Shown here one piece after another: positions 27,057 to 38,264 of a stretch of 61,087 nt of DNA (positions within the stretch are counted from its first letter, which is position 1; each line of letters begins with the position of its first letter). This DNA comes from Steroidobacteraceae bacterium (GTDB lineage: Bacteria > Pseudomonadota > Gammaproteobacteria > Steroidobacterales > Steroidobacteraceae). The notes below the pieces were generated by a model that worked only from the letters and a program-made list of their open reading frames with translations, ran no database searches and was not told the DNA's origin. The stretch covers positions 1 through 61,087 of the forward strand of contig JANWKL010000032.1 of the NCBI GenBank assembly GCA_025451375.1, in the 5' to 3' direction. Made by a program: the position numbers and the translations under genes.

Positions 27057-28304
27057 ATGAGTACACCGGTCTCATCGTCCGACGCCCCGCGGCTGCTTGC
27101 CGAGCTGATCGCCGGCCGCTTCCCGGACGAGCGCGGACGCTTCGGTCCCTTTGGGGGCCGGTATGTTCCGGAAACACTGATACCGGCGCTCGAGCGGCTC
27201 GAGCGCGGCGTGCGCGAACACCTGCACGCGAGCGATTTCCAGCAAGAGTTCAAACAGCAGCTCACGAGCTGGGTCGGTCGTCCCACGGCGCTGACCTTCG
27301 CCGCGCGGCTGTCTGAGCAGTGGGGCGCGAAGGTGTGGCTGAAGCGCGAGGATCTCGCCCACACCGGTGCGCACAAGATCAACAACGCCATCGGCCAGGC
27401 GCTGCTCGCGAGACGACTCGGCGCCAAACGCATCGTCGCCGAAACCGGCGCCGGGCAGCACGGGGTCGCGAGCGCCGCCGCCTGCGCGCGTTTGGGGTTG
27501 CCGTGCACCGTGTACATGGGTGATATCGACATGGAACGGCAGGCGCCCAACGTCGGGCGGATGCGGCTGCTTGGAGCGCAGGTGGTACCGGTGACGAGCG
27601 GCGATCGCACGCTGCGCGCCGCCATCGACGAGGCCATGCGCGACTGGGTGTCCGACCCCACCGATACCTATTATCTTCTGGGTTCGGCCGTGGGCCCGCA
27701 CCCGTACCCGTACCTCGTGCGTGAGCTGCAGGCGGTCATCGGCCGCGAGGCGCGCGCGCAAATCCTCGCCGCAAACGCTGCCCTGCCGGATGTCCTCATC
27801 GCCTGTGTCGGTGGTGGCTCAAACTCCATCGGCGCCTTCCATGCATTCATCGCCGACGCCGCCGTCAGGATCATCGGCATCGAGGCCGGCGGCCGCGGCG
27901 CGGGATTGGGCGACAACGCGGCGACCGTGGCGCACGGCAGTCCCGGGGTGCTGCACGGCACCTACTCCATGCTGCTGCAGAACGAGGATGGCCAGATCCA
28001 GGAGACCCACTCGGTATCTGCGGGACTCGACTATCCGGGCGTGGGGCCGGAGCACGCGTTGCTGGCGGCCGTCGGACGTGTCAGCTACCAGACCGCGAGT
28101 GATGATGAGGCGCTCGCCGGCGTGCGCGCTTTGAGTGAATGCGAGGGAATCCTGCCGGCGCTCGAAAGCGCTCACGCACTCGCTGGGGCGCAGCGCTACG
28201 CACGCCTGAATCCGGGCAGCAGCATCCTCGTCTGTCTTTCCGGGCGCGGCGACAAGGACATGCCGACCCTGCAGCAGACCCTGCTCAAGTCGGAGCGGTC
28301 ATGA
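27057..28304 (+). CDS. trpB: tryptophan synthase beta chain
   Basis: LAHTGAHKINNA contains the PLP lysine. GGGSNSIG motif present. Confidence 0.95.
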   Translation: MSTPVSSSDAPRLLAELIAGRFPDERGRFGPFGGRYVPETLIPALERLERGVREHLHASDFQQEFKQQLTSWVGRPTALTFAARLSEQWGAKVWLKREDLAHTGAHKINNAIGQALLARRLGAKRIVAETGAGQHGVASAAACARLGLPCTVYMGDIDMERQAPNVGRMRLLGAQVVPVTSGDRTLRAAIDEAMRDWVSDPTDTYYLLGSAVGPHPYPYLVRELQAVIGREARAQILAANAALPDVLIACVGGGSNSIGAFHAFIADAAVRIIGIEAGGRGAGLGDNAATVAHGSPGVLHGTYSMLLQNEDGQIQETHSVSAGLDYPGVGPEHALLAAVGRVSYQTASDDEALAGVRALSECEGILPALESAHALAGAQRYARLNPGSSILVCLSGRGDKDMPTLQQTLLKSERS

Positions 28305-29068
28305 GTCCGCGCGAGCGCATCAGCGCAGCGATCCGCGCGGCGGCTGCAGCGGACGAACCGGCACTGGTGGCGTACCTCACCGCGGGGTATCCGCAGCGCG
28401 AGAAGTTTCGTGAGCATGTGCGGGCGCTGGCGGCCGGGGCCGACGTGGTTGAAATCGGCGTGCCGTTCACCGATCCGATGGCTGACGGGGTAACCATCCA
28501 GCGTGCGAGCCTCGCGGCACTGACCCAGGGCGTGAGTCTCAAGTGGATTCTCGCCGAGCTGGCCGCGATGCGTGACATCAAGGCGCCGCTCATCCTGATG
28601 AGTTACCTGAATCCCCTGCTCGCGTTCGGACTGACGAATCTCGCGCAGGCTGCGGCGGACGCCGGGGTCGCGGGATTCATTGTGCCGGACCTGCCGCTCG
28701 ATGAGAGCCAGGACCTGCGCGCCGCGCTCGATACCACACAGATCGCACTGGTGCAGATGGTCACGCCGGTCACGCAGGCACCGCGCCTGAAGCAGCTGTG
28801 CGCTGGCAGTCAGGGCTTCGTGTACGCCGTGACCATGACCGGCACGACCGGCAAGAGCGTCGCAGTGCCGGATGACGTCATCAGCTATCTGGACAATGTT
28901 CGCGCGCTCGCGAAAGTCCCGGTGTGCGCCGGCTTCGGCATCCGCAGTCGTGAGCAGGTTGAGCGCTTGCGTGGCCATGTCGACGGGGTGGTGATCGGCT
29001 CGGCGCTCGTGGAAGTGCTGGAGCGCGGCGAGGATGCGACCAGGTGGTTGCAGGGGCTGCGCGGCTGA
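28301..29068 (+). CDS. trpA: tryptophan synthase alpha chain
   Basis: IGVPFTDPMADG motif. ATGA overlap with trpB. The longer ORF 28139..29068 is an artefact. Confidence 0.9.
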   Translation: MSPRERISAAIRAAAAADEPALVAYLTAGYPQREKFREHVRALAAGADVVEIGVPFTDPMADGVTIQRASLAALTQGVSLKWILAELAAMRDIKAPLILMSYLNPLLAFGLTNLAQAAADAGVAGFIVPDLPLDESQDLRAALDTTQIALVQMVTPVTQAPRLKQLCAGSQGFVYAVTMTGTTGKSVAVPDDVISYLDNVRALAKVPVCAGFGIRSREQVERLRGHVDGVVIGSALVEVLERGEDATRWLQGLRG

Positions 29069-29070
29069 AC

Positions 29071-29484
29071 TCATCCCGCGCGCTTCGCGCGCGGGCGGCG
29101 TGAGCGCACTGCCGGTGCCGCAGCCACGCTGCCCGCCGGACCCTGGTTCAAAGTGACCGTACCCGGTATGTGCGTTTTGCCCCAGCGCACATACGCGAGC
29201 AGCACCTCGCCCAGGGCGCTGCCTTTCTGGGTGAGCGTGTAGGCGTACCGCACCGGACGCTGCTGATAGGGAGTGCGGCTGACGATGCCGGCGCTGTGCA
29301 GACGCTCGAGGCGATCCGCAAGGATGTTGGTCGGAATGCGTTCTGGAGAAAGCGCGAGTTCACCGTAAGTACGTTTGCCGTGCAGCAGGTCGCGCACCAC
29401 CAGCAGCGACCACTTGTCACCCAGGATGTCGAGCGAGTTGGCGACCGCACAGGCGGAACGCGCGAAGGGCTTGGCGGTATTCAT
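29071..29484 (-). CDS. HxlR-family transcriptional regulator
   Basis: CAVANSLDILGDKWSLLVVRDLLHGKRTYGEL is the HxlR winged-helix signature. Start is ATG 29484. Confidence 0.85.
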   Translation of the reverse strand: MNTAKPFARSACAVANSLDILGDKWSLLVVRDLLHGKRTYGELALSPERIPTNILADRLERLHSAGIVSRTPYQQRPVRYAYTLTQKGSALGEVLLAYVRWGKTHIPGTVTLNQGPAGSVAAAPAVRSRRPRAKRAG

Positions 29485-29517
29485 GTGTCCGGTGTCTCTA
29501 CGCCTCGCAGGCCAGTG

Positions 29518-29573
29518 ACTTGCAGAGTGCAAGTCATAGTGCTACGGTATCCACACACTTGCAAAATGCAAGT
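29518..29573. promoter_or_regulatory. two perfect 17-bp palindromes ACTTGCA-N3-TGCAAGT (putative HxlR operators)
   Basis: ACTTGCAGAGTGCAAGT at 29518-29534 and ACTTGCAAAATGCAAGT at 29557-29573. Both lie in the 108-bp divergent region. Confidence 0.5.
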
Positions 29574-29592
29574 AACTAAAAGGAGAGCGTCA

Positions 29593-30255
29593 ATGACGAC
29601 GATGGTCCTGCCCCAGCCCGCCGCAGCTGCGCCCAGCGGGCGCAGCGGTACTCGCGTAGCCGTCACGTTCGCACTGACCGTCTGGTTTCTGCTGGTCGCA
29701 GCACTGGGTGCCGCCGGCGCGTTCGTCGGCCCTCCCAGGACTCCGCCGATAGCCATTGCGATTGGGATTGCGGCGCCGCTGGTGCTGTTCTTTACGTGGC
29801 TGCGGCTCTCGCAATCGTTCCGCGATTTCGTGCTGACGCTGGATCTTCGGCTCGTTGCGGGAATGCAGGCCTGGCGATGGGCGGGTCTGGGCTTCCTGTT
29901 CCTTTACGCGTACAAGGTGCTCCCCGCCGCGTTCGCCCTGACGGCTGGCCTCGGAGACATGGCTGTCGGGGTCACCGCCCCGTGGATGATTCTCGCCCTC
30001 GCGCGGCAGCCTGGCTTCGCCGCCCGCGCCGCATTTATCCGTTGGAATCTCCTCGGGATACTGGACCTCGTCATCGCCGTCAGCATCGCAGCCGTGACTG
30101 CCACCTTGGCCACCGGCGCGCCCGGCGAGATCAGCACCACTCCGATGGCGACCCTGCCCTTGCTGATGATCCCGGCATTCCTCGTGCCGTTTTTCCTGAT
30201 GCTGCACGCGACGGCACTGATGCAGAGCCGGCAACTGATCCGCAACAAAACCTAG
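29593..30255 (+). CDS. hypothetical integral membrane protein (about 6 TM)
   Basis: AAAAGGAGAG SD followed by ATG 29593. The sequence is hydrophobic throughout. Divergent from hxlR. The upstream part of ORF 29170..30255 is antisense to hxlR. Confidence 0.6.
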   Translation: MTTMVLPQPAAAAPSGRSGTRVAVTFALTVWFLLVAALGAAGAFVGPPRTPPIAIAIGIAAPLVLFFTWLRLSQSFRDFVLTLDLRLVAGMQAWRWAGLGFLFLYAYKVLPAAFALTAGLGDMAVGVTAPWMILALARQPGFAARAAFIRWNLLGILDLVIAVSIAAVTATLATGAPGEISTTPMATLPLLMIPAFLVPFFLMLHATALMQSRQLIRNKT

Positions 30256-30265
30256 GACCCAACAT

Positions 30266-30295
30266 GCCGCGCTGCTCCTGATCGGGCAGCGCGGC
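30266..30295 (+). terminator. GC-rich hairpin after the membrane-protein gene (no U-tract)
   Basis: GCCGCGCTGC (30266-75) and GCAGCGCGGC (30286-95) form a 10-bp perfect stem with a 10-nt loop. Confidence 0.3.
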
Positions 30296-30342
30296 CAACG
30301 TTGCGTCTCTCCCTCGCGCGTCGCATCCTAACGCGGCAGCCC

Positions 30343-31043
30343 ATGAAGACCCTGACCATCGCTCCGCGCTTCTGCGGTCCGCCGGCGTCCGCGAACGGCG
30401 GCTACTTCGCCGGGATGGTCGCGCTGATCGCGTCGCGCACCGTGACCGTGCGCCTGCTCAAGCCGCCGCCCCTGGACACGCAGTTCGCCCTCAAAGCCCT
30501 GCCGGACGGCGGCGTACAGATTCTGAACGGCGAGGATTTCGTCGGCGAGGCCCGCCCCGCAAGCCTGCAGCTCGACGTAAAGTCCGCGCCCGAGTATCTG
30601 CAGGCGGTCGAGGCGTCTCGTCACTACGCCGGCTTCCGCTCCCACCGTTTTCCGACCTGCTTCGTGTGCGGCACGCAACGCGCACGGGGCGATGGCCTGC
30701 GTATTTTCGCAGGTCCCCTGAGTGCACGCGGCGTGGTCGCGGCACCGTGGGTTCCGGATGCCTCGCTCGACCGGGGCGATGGCAAGGTGTCCCCCGAGTT
30801 CATGTCGGCGGCGCTCGACTGTCCCGGCTATTACGCGGTCGCGCCAGACGACCGGATGATGTTGCTGGCGCAGTTCACCACCCACGTGGATCGCCTGGTC
30901 CACATCGGTTCGTCCTGCACCATAGTCGGGTGGCGCATCGGCTCCGAAGGCCGCAAGCACGAAGCCGGCACGGCCATCTTCGACGGCAAGGGTGTGTTGT
31001 GTGCGAAAGCCCGCGCGCTATGGATCGAGCCGCGCGAAGCCGT

Positions 31044-31047
<4 letters not shown>
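30343..31047 (+). CDS. hotdog-fold (PaaI-like thioesterase family) protein
   Basis: [22 protein letters not shown] resembles the PaaI/4HBT CF-x-CG...GL motif. ATG 30343 preferred. Confidence 0.5.
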
Positions 31048-32019
<972 letters not shown>

Positions 32020-32033
<14 letters not shown>

Positions 32034-32790
32034 GCGAACGCTCCTTTGCTGCGTGGCGAGTCTCATCGCGCTGCTGCTCGCGCTGGTCGCTCGTCAGCGT
32101 GTGTTGCCGGATGCCCTTGAAAAGAAGCCAAAAACCCATGGAAAGCTCGAAGAAGAAGATCGGGCCGCCGTAGTACACAACGGTGATCACCTTCGTGAGC
32201 TCGGGGAAAACGACGAAGGTGAAAGCACAAATGCCGATCCAGACCGAGGCCAGCAGTCCCCACGCGGCCAGCGGTTTGGGGATGTATCCCGACCGGAGCC
32301 ACAGGTAGCAGAACACGGGCGAACCGCAGCCAAAGAGAATTAACGCCACGTTATACGCCGAGCCGTGCGCGCCCATGCTCACACGTGCCAGCGCCGCCAA
32401 TTCATCGGAGTTTAGGGTCGTGAGATAGCTCGCCCCGCTAAGAAGACGCAGCACGTAAAAATCGTTGAGCACCGCAACGATGAGGATCGACGTTTCGATG
32501 AGGCGGAAGAACGTGGCGAGCAGAGCCAGTCGCCGATTCACCCGCTCGAGGACGATATAGAGTGCGGTAACCAACACGACATCGGTCGCAAAAACCAGCA
32601 GGTTGCTGGCAATGCCGAGTCGAAATATCCGTTCGTGTGCAATGATATTCTGAGCCGTCACGATGGCGTTGTCGGAGACGAGCCGACCCGACACGTAGAA
32701 TTCGGCGAAGACTGCCGGCGCCAGTGCGAAGAGGTAGCTGAAACCCACTACTCGAGCCCAGCGGCGCTGAATCTCATCCGCTTCGGTCAT
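32020..32790 (-). CDS. DUF4386 membrane protein (paralog 2)
   Basis: [11 protein letters not shown]...[47 protein letters not shown] matches my recollection of DUF4386. ATGA overlap with paralog 1 and a 14-nt overlap with the AKR gene. Confidence 0.65.
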
Positions 32791-33536
32791 GATCGTGCCG
32801 CCGGCTTGCTCGCGGAAGAGCGGGCTATCGCCAGTCGCCACTGCTCGACGTTCACGCCCCTGAAAAGCAGCCACAGCGCGAGCGAGCCTTCCCCGAGCAG
32901 GACAAGCGGCAGGAGCAGCGGTGCCAACCGGTCGCCGAGGGCCGGCGACACGAAATTCGTAAACGAGGTGACGAGGAAAGACGAGCCTCCGAGCACCAAC
33001 AACACTCCGATTGCCCGCGGGATGAAATACGAGCGGGCGATCAGATAGCCGATGGAAAGTAGCTGAAATCCAAACCAGACATCCTCACCGCCGAATCGGG
33101 GTGCGGTTCCGAGGAGGATCTTCGCCGCGCCCTGCAGCTGGCTGGCAACCGGCTCGGTTGCGCGGCGCGACTCTTCGAGCAGTGACAGCGCGGTGAGCAG
33201 GTTGAAGTGGCCGGCGCCCCCGCTCAGGAGGCCGGCAAGACCGCAAAACGCGCCGAACACGGCGACGCTTTTGTTGAGCGGTTTGAGCAGCTCGTAGAGG
33301 AGGACTGTGACGCCCAGGTAGCAGATCTTGCCGAAGAAAAAGAGAACAAACGCGAGACGAATCTTTGACGCCGACGCCAGAGCATTCGCGGCCATCGTTC
33401 CCGGGTCGCCGGTCAGGTCAAGGGAGATCCCGCCGATGATGGCTACGACGCTCACAAGGATGACGGTCAGCCACAACGCTCCGGCCATGCGGGCGCCGAA
33501 GAGCGGGGATGGTTCGGTGGATGTGTCCGACGCCAT
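32787..33536 (-). CDS. DUF4386 membrane protein (paralog 1)
   Basis: Same architecture as paralog 2 (KIRLAFVLFFFGKICYLGVTVLLYELLKPLNKSVAV...). ATG 33536 has a GAGGG SD. GTG 33551 is the alternative start. Confidence 0.65.
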   Translation of the reverse strand: MASDTSTEPSPLFGARMAGALWLTVILVSVVAIIGGISLDLTGDPGTMAANALASASKIRLAFVLFFFGKICYLGVTVLLYELLKPLNKSVAVFGAFCGLAGLLSGGAGHFNLLTALSLLEESRRATEPVASQLQGAAKILLGTAPRFGGEDVWFGFQLLSIGYLIARSYFIPRAIGVLLVLGGSSFLVTSFTNFVSPALGDRLAPLLLPLVLLGEGSLALWLLFRGVNVEQWRLAIARSSASKPAARS

Positions 33537-33687
33537 GACAGGTGCCCTCACCTCATAGCAGCGCCCCCGGGTTTAACAAGGGCCGCTGAGAATATGCGAC
33601 GTCAGACTAGCAAATTTGAACGGTGCAAGTCTGTCAGCGGCTGTCTGCCTCAAGAATGCCTGGGGCGACACTAGCAGACATCGCGCC

Positions 33688-35055
33688 TCACGCCGCCGCC
33701 GGCACCATGTGCGCACTGCGCCAGGACCCGTAGCGGTAGTAGAGCAGCGCGAGGATCGCTGACAGCAACGAGGATATCGGGAAGCTCCACCAGACTGCGT
33801 CCACGTGGTACTTGTCCAGAAAGATCTCAGCGAGCGGGAAACGCACCACCAGCATGGATATGGTGAGCACAATGAGTGGTGCGATGACCGCGCCGGTCGC
33901 GCGCACCACACCGAACAACGCCACCGAGATGCCGAAGAAAGTAAAGGAGCCGGTGACAATGCGGTTCATATGCGAGGCGATCGCGAGCGCCGCCGACCCG
34001 CCAGGCAGGAACAGGCCGAAGATATGCACGTCCAGGATTTCAATCAGGCTCACGATGGAGCCGGTGAGCAGCACGCTGTAGAGGACGCCTACCCCGGCAA
34101 TGCGGTTGACCCGGTCCCATTTGGCCGCGCCGACGTTCTGCGCCGTCATGGCGGACACGCCCATACCCACCGCGAAGGCCGGCATCTGGATGTAGTTCCA
34201 GATCTGCATCGCCGCACCGAAGGCGGCGGTGGTGTCGACACCGAATCGATTCACCAGCGTGATCATGAGCACCCCGCTCAGGGAGATGACGAGCATCTGG
34301 GCACTCATCGGGATGCCCTTCTTCACCAGCGCGCCGACCAGCGACCAATCCGGCTTGAGCAGCGCGAGCTCGTCCTTGTGCAGACACAGGACGTGGTTCT
34401 TGCGGTACAGATGACGGATGAGTGCCGTGAGGCTCACGGCCTGGGCGACGAAGGTTGCGAGCGCAGAGCCGGCGATGCCGAGGCGGGGAATGGGACCCAG
34501 GCCGAAGATGAACACCGGGTTCAGCGCAATATCGATGCCGACCGACAGCAGCATGAAGTAGAACGGCGTCTTCGAATCGCCGGCACCGCGCAGCACCGCC
34601 ATCACGAAGGCATACATATAAAGGAATGGCAGCGCGAGGAAGATCACGCGCATGTACGCCACGGCGAGTGGCAGCGAATCCGCCGGGGTGCTCATGGCGG
34701 TGAGCAAGGGCCGGCACAGAGCCAGGCCCGCGATCGCCATGACGATCGAGATGGCGGCGAAGAAGGTCGCGCTGGTGCCCACCACGCGCTTGGTCTCGCG
34801 GATGTTGTTCGCGCCGATGAACTGACCGATGAGGATGGTGGCCGCGAGCGCGATGCCAAAGGCCGCGCCGATGAGCAGGAACATCACGGTGTTGGCGTTG
34901 GAGGTGGCGGTGAGCGCCGCCTCACCGAGGTAACGACCCACCCAGATGGAGTTGACCGAGCCGTTGAGCGACTGCAGTACGTTCGCCATCAGGATCGGCA
35001 GGAAGAACTTGAACAGCCCGACCGGAATCGAGCCTTCGGTGAGGGTGCGTGGCAT
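33688..35055 (-). CDS. MATE-family efflux transporter
   Basis: 455 aa with 12 TM. The N-terminus is ...LFKFFLPILMANVLQSLNGSVNSIWVGRYLG. Confidence 0.9.
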   Translation of the reverse strand: MPRTLTEGSIPVGLFKFFLPILMANVLQSLNGSVNSIWVGRYLGEAALTATSNANTVMFLLIGAAFGIALAATILIGQFIGANNIRETKRVVGTSATFFAAISIVMAIAGLALCRPLLTAMSTPADSLPLAVAYMRVIFLALPFLYMYAFVMAVLRGAGDSKTPFYFMLLSVGIDIALNPVFIFGLGPIPRLGIAGSALATFVAQAVSLTALIRHLYRKNHVLCLHKDELALLKPDWSLVGALVKKGIPMSAQMLVISLSGVLMITLVNRFGVDTTAAFGAAMQIWNYIQMPAFAVGMGVSAMTAQNVGAAKWDRVNRIAGVGVLYSVLLTGSIVSLIEILDVHIFGLFLPGGSAALAIASHMNRIVTGSFTFFGISVALFGVVRATGAVIAPLIVLTISMLVVRFPLAEIFLDKYHVDAVWWSFPISSLLSAILALLYYRYGSWRSAHMVPAAA

Positions 35056-35101
35056 GGAGGGCCGGCAGGCTAGCAGCGCGGTCGGAATGCGTCCAGACGT
35101 C

Positions 35102-36760
35102 TCAGCGCCACACCCCGTAGACGAGCTTCACAGTTCCGCAAGCGAGCAGCGCCCAGCCGAGCCAGGGGTAGCCGCGGCCCGCTGCCAGCCAGATCATCCC
35201 GGCGAGCAAGAGCGCGGCACCCAGGGTGACCGCGTCGCGCCGCCGGCCGGCGCTGCGCAGCTCTTCGCGCAATTCGGTCAGGTCCGGACCCGACGATGCC
35301 GCAGGCGCCGCGCCGTGATCCCGCTGGGCAAGCTGCGTCAGCAGCACCGGCAGCCCGCGCGCGGCCTCCATGAGCTGCGGGGCGTGGGCGCGCAGGTTCC
35401 GCACCAGGGAGGTGACGCTGGTGCGCTCGCGCATCCACTCGCGCAGGATCGGGCTGGCGGTATTCCAGATATCCAGATCCGGGTACAAGTCGCGCCCGAG
35501 ACCCTCGACGTTGAGGAGTGTCTTTTGCAGCAGCAGCAGCTGCGGCTGGATCTGCATGTTGAAGCGGCGCGAAATCTCGAACAGCCGCAGCAGAATCCGT
35601 CCGAAGGAAATGTCCTTCAGCGGGCGGTCGAAGATCGGTTCGCATACCGTGCGCACGGCGGATTCCATTTCATCGACGCGCGTCCCGGCCGGCACCCAGC
35701 CGGACTCCAGGTGCAGCGTTGCCACCCGCCGGTAGTCGCGATCGAACACCGCCAGAAAATTCTCCGCCAGGTAATGCTGATCGCGAGGATCGAGCGTACC
35801 GACGATGCCGAAGTCCACCGCCGCGTAACGCGGCTGCTGCGGGTTGCCGATCAGTACGAAAATGTTGCCGGGGTGCATGTCGGCATGGAAGAAATTGTGG
35901 CGGAACACCTGGGTGAAGAAGATGCGCACCCCGTTCTCGGCCAGTTGCGCGATGTTGGTGCCCGCAGCCTTGAGGCGTGTCATGTCACTGATCGGCACGC
36001 CGTGGATGCGCTCCATGACCATGACGTCGTTACGGCAGTAGTCCCAGTAAACTTCCGGCACGTACAGCAGGTCTGAGCCTGCAAAATTACGCTTGAGCTG
36101 CGAGGCATTGGCGGCCTCACGCATGAGATCGAGTTCATCGAGGATGGTTTTCTCGTATTCGTCGACGATCTCGCGTGGCCGCAGCCGACGCCCGTCGGCC
36201 CAGTAACGCTGCGCGAGATCCGCGAGTGCGTGCAGCACTTCCAGATCGCGCTCGATGATCGCGCGCATGTCCGGCCGCAGCACCTTGACCACCACCTCTT
36301 CGCCACTGCGCAGCCGTGCCGGGTGCACCTGCGCGATGGACGCCGCAGCGAGCGGGGTGGTATCGAATTCCTGGAATACCGCTTCCGCGGGCTGCCCGTA
36401 GGCGCGCCCGACGAGCTCGCGGGCGACATCCCCCGGGAAGGGCGGTACGCGGTCCTGCAGTTTCGCGAGTTCGTCGGCGATGTCCGTGGGCAACAGGTCC
36501 CGGCGAGTGGAGACCGCCTGGCCGAACTTGACGAAGATCGGCCCCAGCTCCTGCAGCGCGAGGCGCAGGCGCTCGCCGCGACTGGCCTGCCGGCGCCGCT
36601 CAAACCACATTCCGGGGGAGAGGAAGAACAGGAACCGCAGCGGCCTATAAAGATGAGTGGCCCGGACGTAGTCATCCAGACCGTGGCGCAGCAGCACGCG
36701 CTGGATCTCGATGAGCCGCACGAGCACGTGGACGTTCACGAAAGTGCGTGTCCGATTCAC
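35102..36760 (-). CDS. ubiB: ubiquinone biosynthesis regulatory kinase-like protein UbiB
   Basis: ABC1 domain (PLAAASIAQVH, HADMHPGN) and C-terminal TM helices. GTGA overlap with ubiJ. Confidence 0.9.
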   Translation of the reverse strand: MNRTRTFVNVHVLVRLIEIQRVLLRHGLDDYVRATHLYRPLRFLFFLSPGMWFERRRQASRGERLRLALQELGPIFVKFGQAVSTRRDLLPTDIADELAKLQDRVPPFPGDVARELVGRAYGQPAEAVFQEFDTTPLAAASIAQVHPARLRSGEEVVVKVLRPDMRAIIERDLEVLHALADLAQRYWADGRRLRPREIVDEYEKTILDELDLMREAANASQLKRNFAGSDLLYVPEVYWDYCRNDVMVMERIHGVPISDMTRLKAAGTNIAQLAENGVRIFFTQVFRHNFFHADMHPGNIFVLIGNPQQPRYAAVDFGIVGTLDPRDQHYLAENFLAVFDRDYRRVATLHLESGWVPAGTRVDEMESAVRTVCEPIFDRPLKDISFGRILLRLFEISRRFNMQIQPQLLLLQKTLLNVEGLGRDLYPDLDIWNTASPILREWMRERTSVTSLVRNLRAHAPQLMEAARGLPVLLTQLAQRDHGAAPAASSGPDLTELREELRSAGRRRDAVTLGAALLLAGMIWLAAGRGYPWLGWALLACGTVKLVYGVWR

Positions 36761-37347
36761 GGGTCGACGCGCCGCGCGAAATGCTCGAGCCGCGCCTCGA
36801 GACGCTCAACGTCCTCGCGCAGGCCGTCGACGCCGCGCAGGAACTGCTCACCCTCATTGCGCGGCACGAGATCCTGGCGCTCATGCCCCAGGTACTCGGC
36901 GAGGTTGGTCAGCGTGGTGGTGGCGGCCTTGCGCGTCCAGCTGGCGCTGCGGCGTGCGAAGCGTCCGAGCTGATGGGCCGGGACATCGCCCACGAGGTAC
37001 GACAGGTCCTCCTCGAGGTCCGGCCGCAGGAGCTTCGCGAGCTCGCGGAACTGCTGCGCCAGCTGCGCGTCTCCGGAGATCGTGACAGCGCCACGCTGCA
37101 CGAGGCTCTCGGGCGCGGTTCCTGCCAGCGCCAGGAGCGACAGGGGCCCGCCGGCAAGCGTCGCATCCGCCACCGCGTCGCCGGTCGTGACCTGCAGCGT
37201 GCTGCCGTTCGAGGCCACGTGGAAGCGCGCCATCTCGCCGATCTCGATGGCGAGGCTCTTGCCGTTGAGCTGCGTGCATAGCTGCTGCGCGCGCGGCGAG
37301 CGCGGCAGGCCGCGGTTGAGCAGATTAGCGATGATGTCGGTGAGCAT
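36757..37347 (-). CDS. ubiJ: SCP2-domain ubiquinone accessory factor UbiJ
   Basis: Positioned between ubiE and ubiB. The N-terminal part has an SCP2-like pattern (KSLAIEIGEMARFHVASNGSTLQV). ATG 37347 chosen to avoid overlapping ubiE. Confidence 0.7.
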   Translation of the reverse strand: MLTDIIANLLNRGLPRSPRAQQLCTQLNGKSLAIEIGEMARFHVASNGSTLQVTTGDAVADATLAGGPLSLLALAGTAPESLVQRGAVTISGDAQLAQQFRELAKLLRPDLEEDLSYLVGDVPAHQLGRFARRSASWTRKAATTTLTNLAEYLGHERQDLVPRNEGEQFLRGVDGLREDVERLEARLEHFARRVDP

Positions 37348-37367
37348 TGGACAGGACGGCCGCGGCG

Positions 37368-38117
37368 TCAGTACCTGTAGCCGCGGTGCACCGCGACGAT
37401 GCCGCCCGAGAGGTTGTGATAGCGGCAACCCTCGAGTCCCGCCTCCTGCATCATTGCCAGCAGTGTCTCCTGGTCCGGGTGCATGCGGATGGACTCCGCG
37501 AGATAGCGGTAACTGGCTTCATCGCCGGCCACGAAGCGACCCAGGAGCGGCAGGATACGGAACGAGTAGGCGTCGTAGAGCGGCTTCAGGGCCGCGACGC
37601 TCGGACGCGAGAACTCGAGCACCAGCAGTTGCCCGCCGGGTTTCAGCGCTCGGCGCATGGCGACCAGCGCCGCAGCCTTGTCGGTGACGTTGCGCAAGCC
37701 AAAGCCGATGGTGATGCAGTCAAACATCGCATCGGGGAAGGGCAGTCGCTCGGCATTGGCTTGTACGTACGCGACGTTGCCGGCGTGGCCCGAGTCGATC
37801 AGCCGATCCCGGCCGCGCTGAAGCATCGCGGCGTTGATATCGGTGAGCACGATGAGGCCGCGCTCTCCAACCTGGCGCGCAAGCCCCGCGGCAAGATCGC
37901 CGGTGCCGCCGGCGACGTCCAGCGCCCGCTGCCCGGGGCGCAGGTTCGCGAGCGACAGTGTGAAACGTTTCCACAGCCGGTGCGTGCCAGCCGACATCAA
38001 ATCGTTCATCAGGTCGTAGTTGCCGGCGACGGAATCAAACACGCCGCGCACCCGGCGCGCCTTGTCTTCGCGCGACACGCGCTGGTAGCCGAAATCGGTG
38101 GAGCGTTCGTCGGTCAT
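37368..38117 (-). CDS. ubiE: demethylmenaquinone/ubiquinone C-methyltransferase UbiE
   Basis: [34 protein letters not shown] plus the SAM motif LDVAGGTGD. Start is ATG 38117 or GTG 38129. Confidence 0.9.
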   Translation of the reverse strand: MTDERSTDFGYQRVSREDKARRVRGVFDSVAGNYDLMNDLMSAGTHRLWKRFTLSLANLRPGQRALDVAGGTGDLAAGLARQVGERGLIVLTDINAAMLQRGRDRLIDSGHAGNVAYVQANAERLPFPDAMFDCITIGFGLRNVTDKAAALVAMRRALKPGGQLLVLEFSRPSVAALKPLYDAYSFRILPLLGRFVAGDEASYRYLAESIRMHPDQETLLAMMQEAGLEGCRYHNLSGGIVAVHRGYRY

Positions 38118-38229
38118 TGAGTAAGACACATTCTAGACGATCGGGTTTGGTGGTCCGGGCGCTTATCTGCGGTTGCAATGTGAGTGGCGCCGCGCGCAGA
38201 ATCGCCGCCGCTTAGGGGGTCTTGCGAGC

Positions 38230-38263
38230 AAAACGGGCCGGACATCACTGTCCGGCCCGTTTT
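38230..38263 (-). terminator. intrinsic terminator after the DUF971 gene (usable in both directions)
   Basis: AAAACGGGCCGGACA-TCAC-TGTCCGGCCCGTTTT forms a 15-bp stem flanked by A/T runs. It lies immediately after the stop at 38265. Confidence 0.6.
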
Positions 38264-38264
38264 C

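Noticed and set aside
26102-27661. Very long antisense or alternative-frame ORFs in the six-frame track. Examples are 1017..2087(-), 12968..14224(+), 16569..17774(+), 26102..27661(-), 33805..35073(+), 40384..41925(-), 48871..50121(+), 55917..57587(+) and 58241..59395(-).
   Set aside because: Each lies opposite or out of frame to a gene with unmistakable family motifs. Their translations are Arg/Ala/Pro/Gly-rich and low in complexity, as expected from stop-codon depletion in GC-rich DNA. None shows a recognisable domain or a convincing ribosome-binding site.
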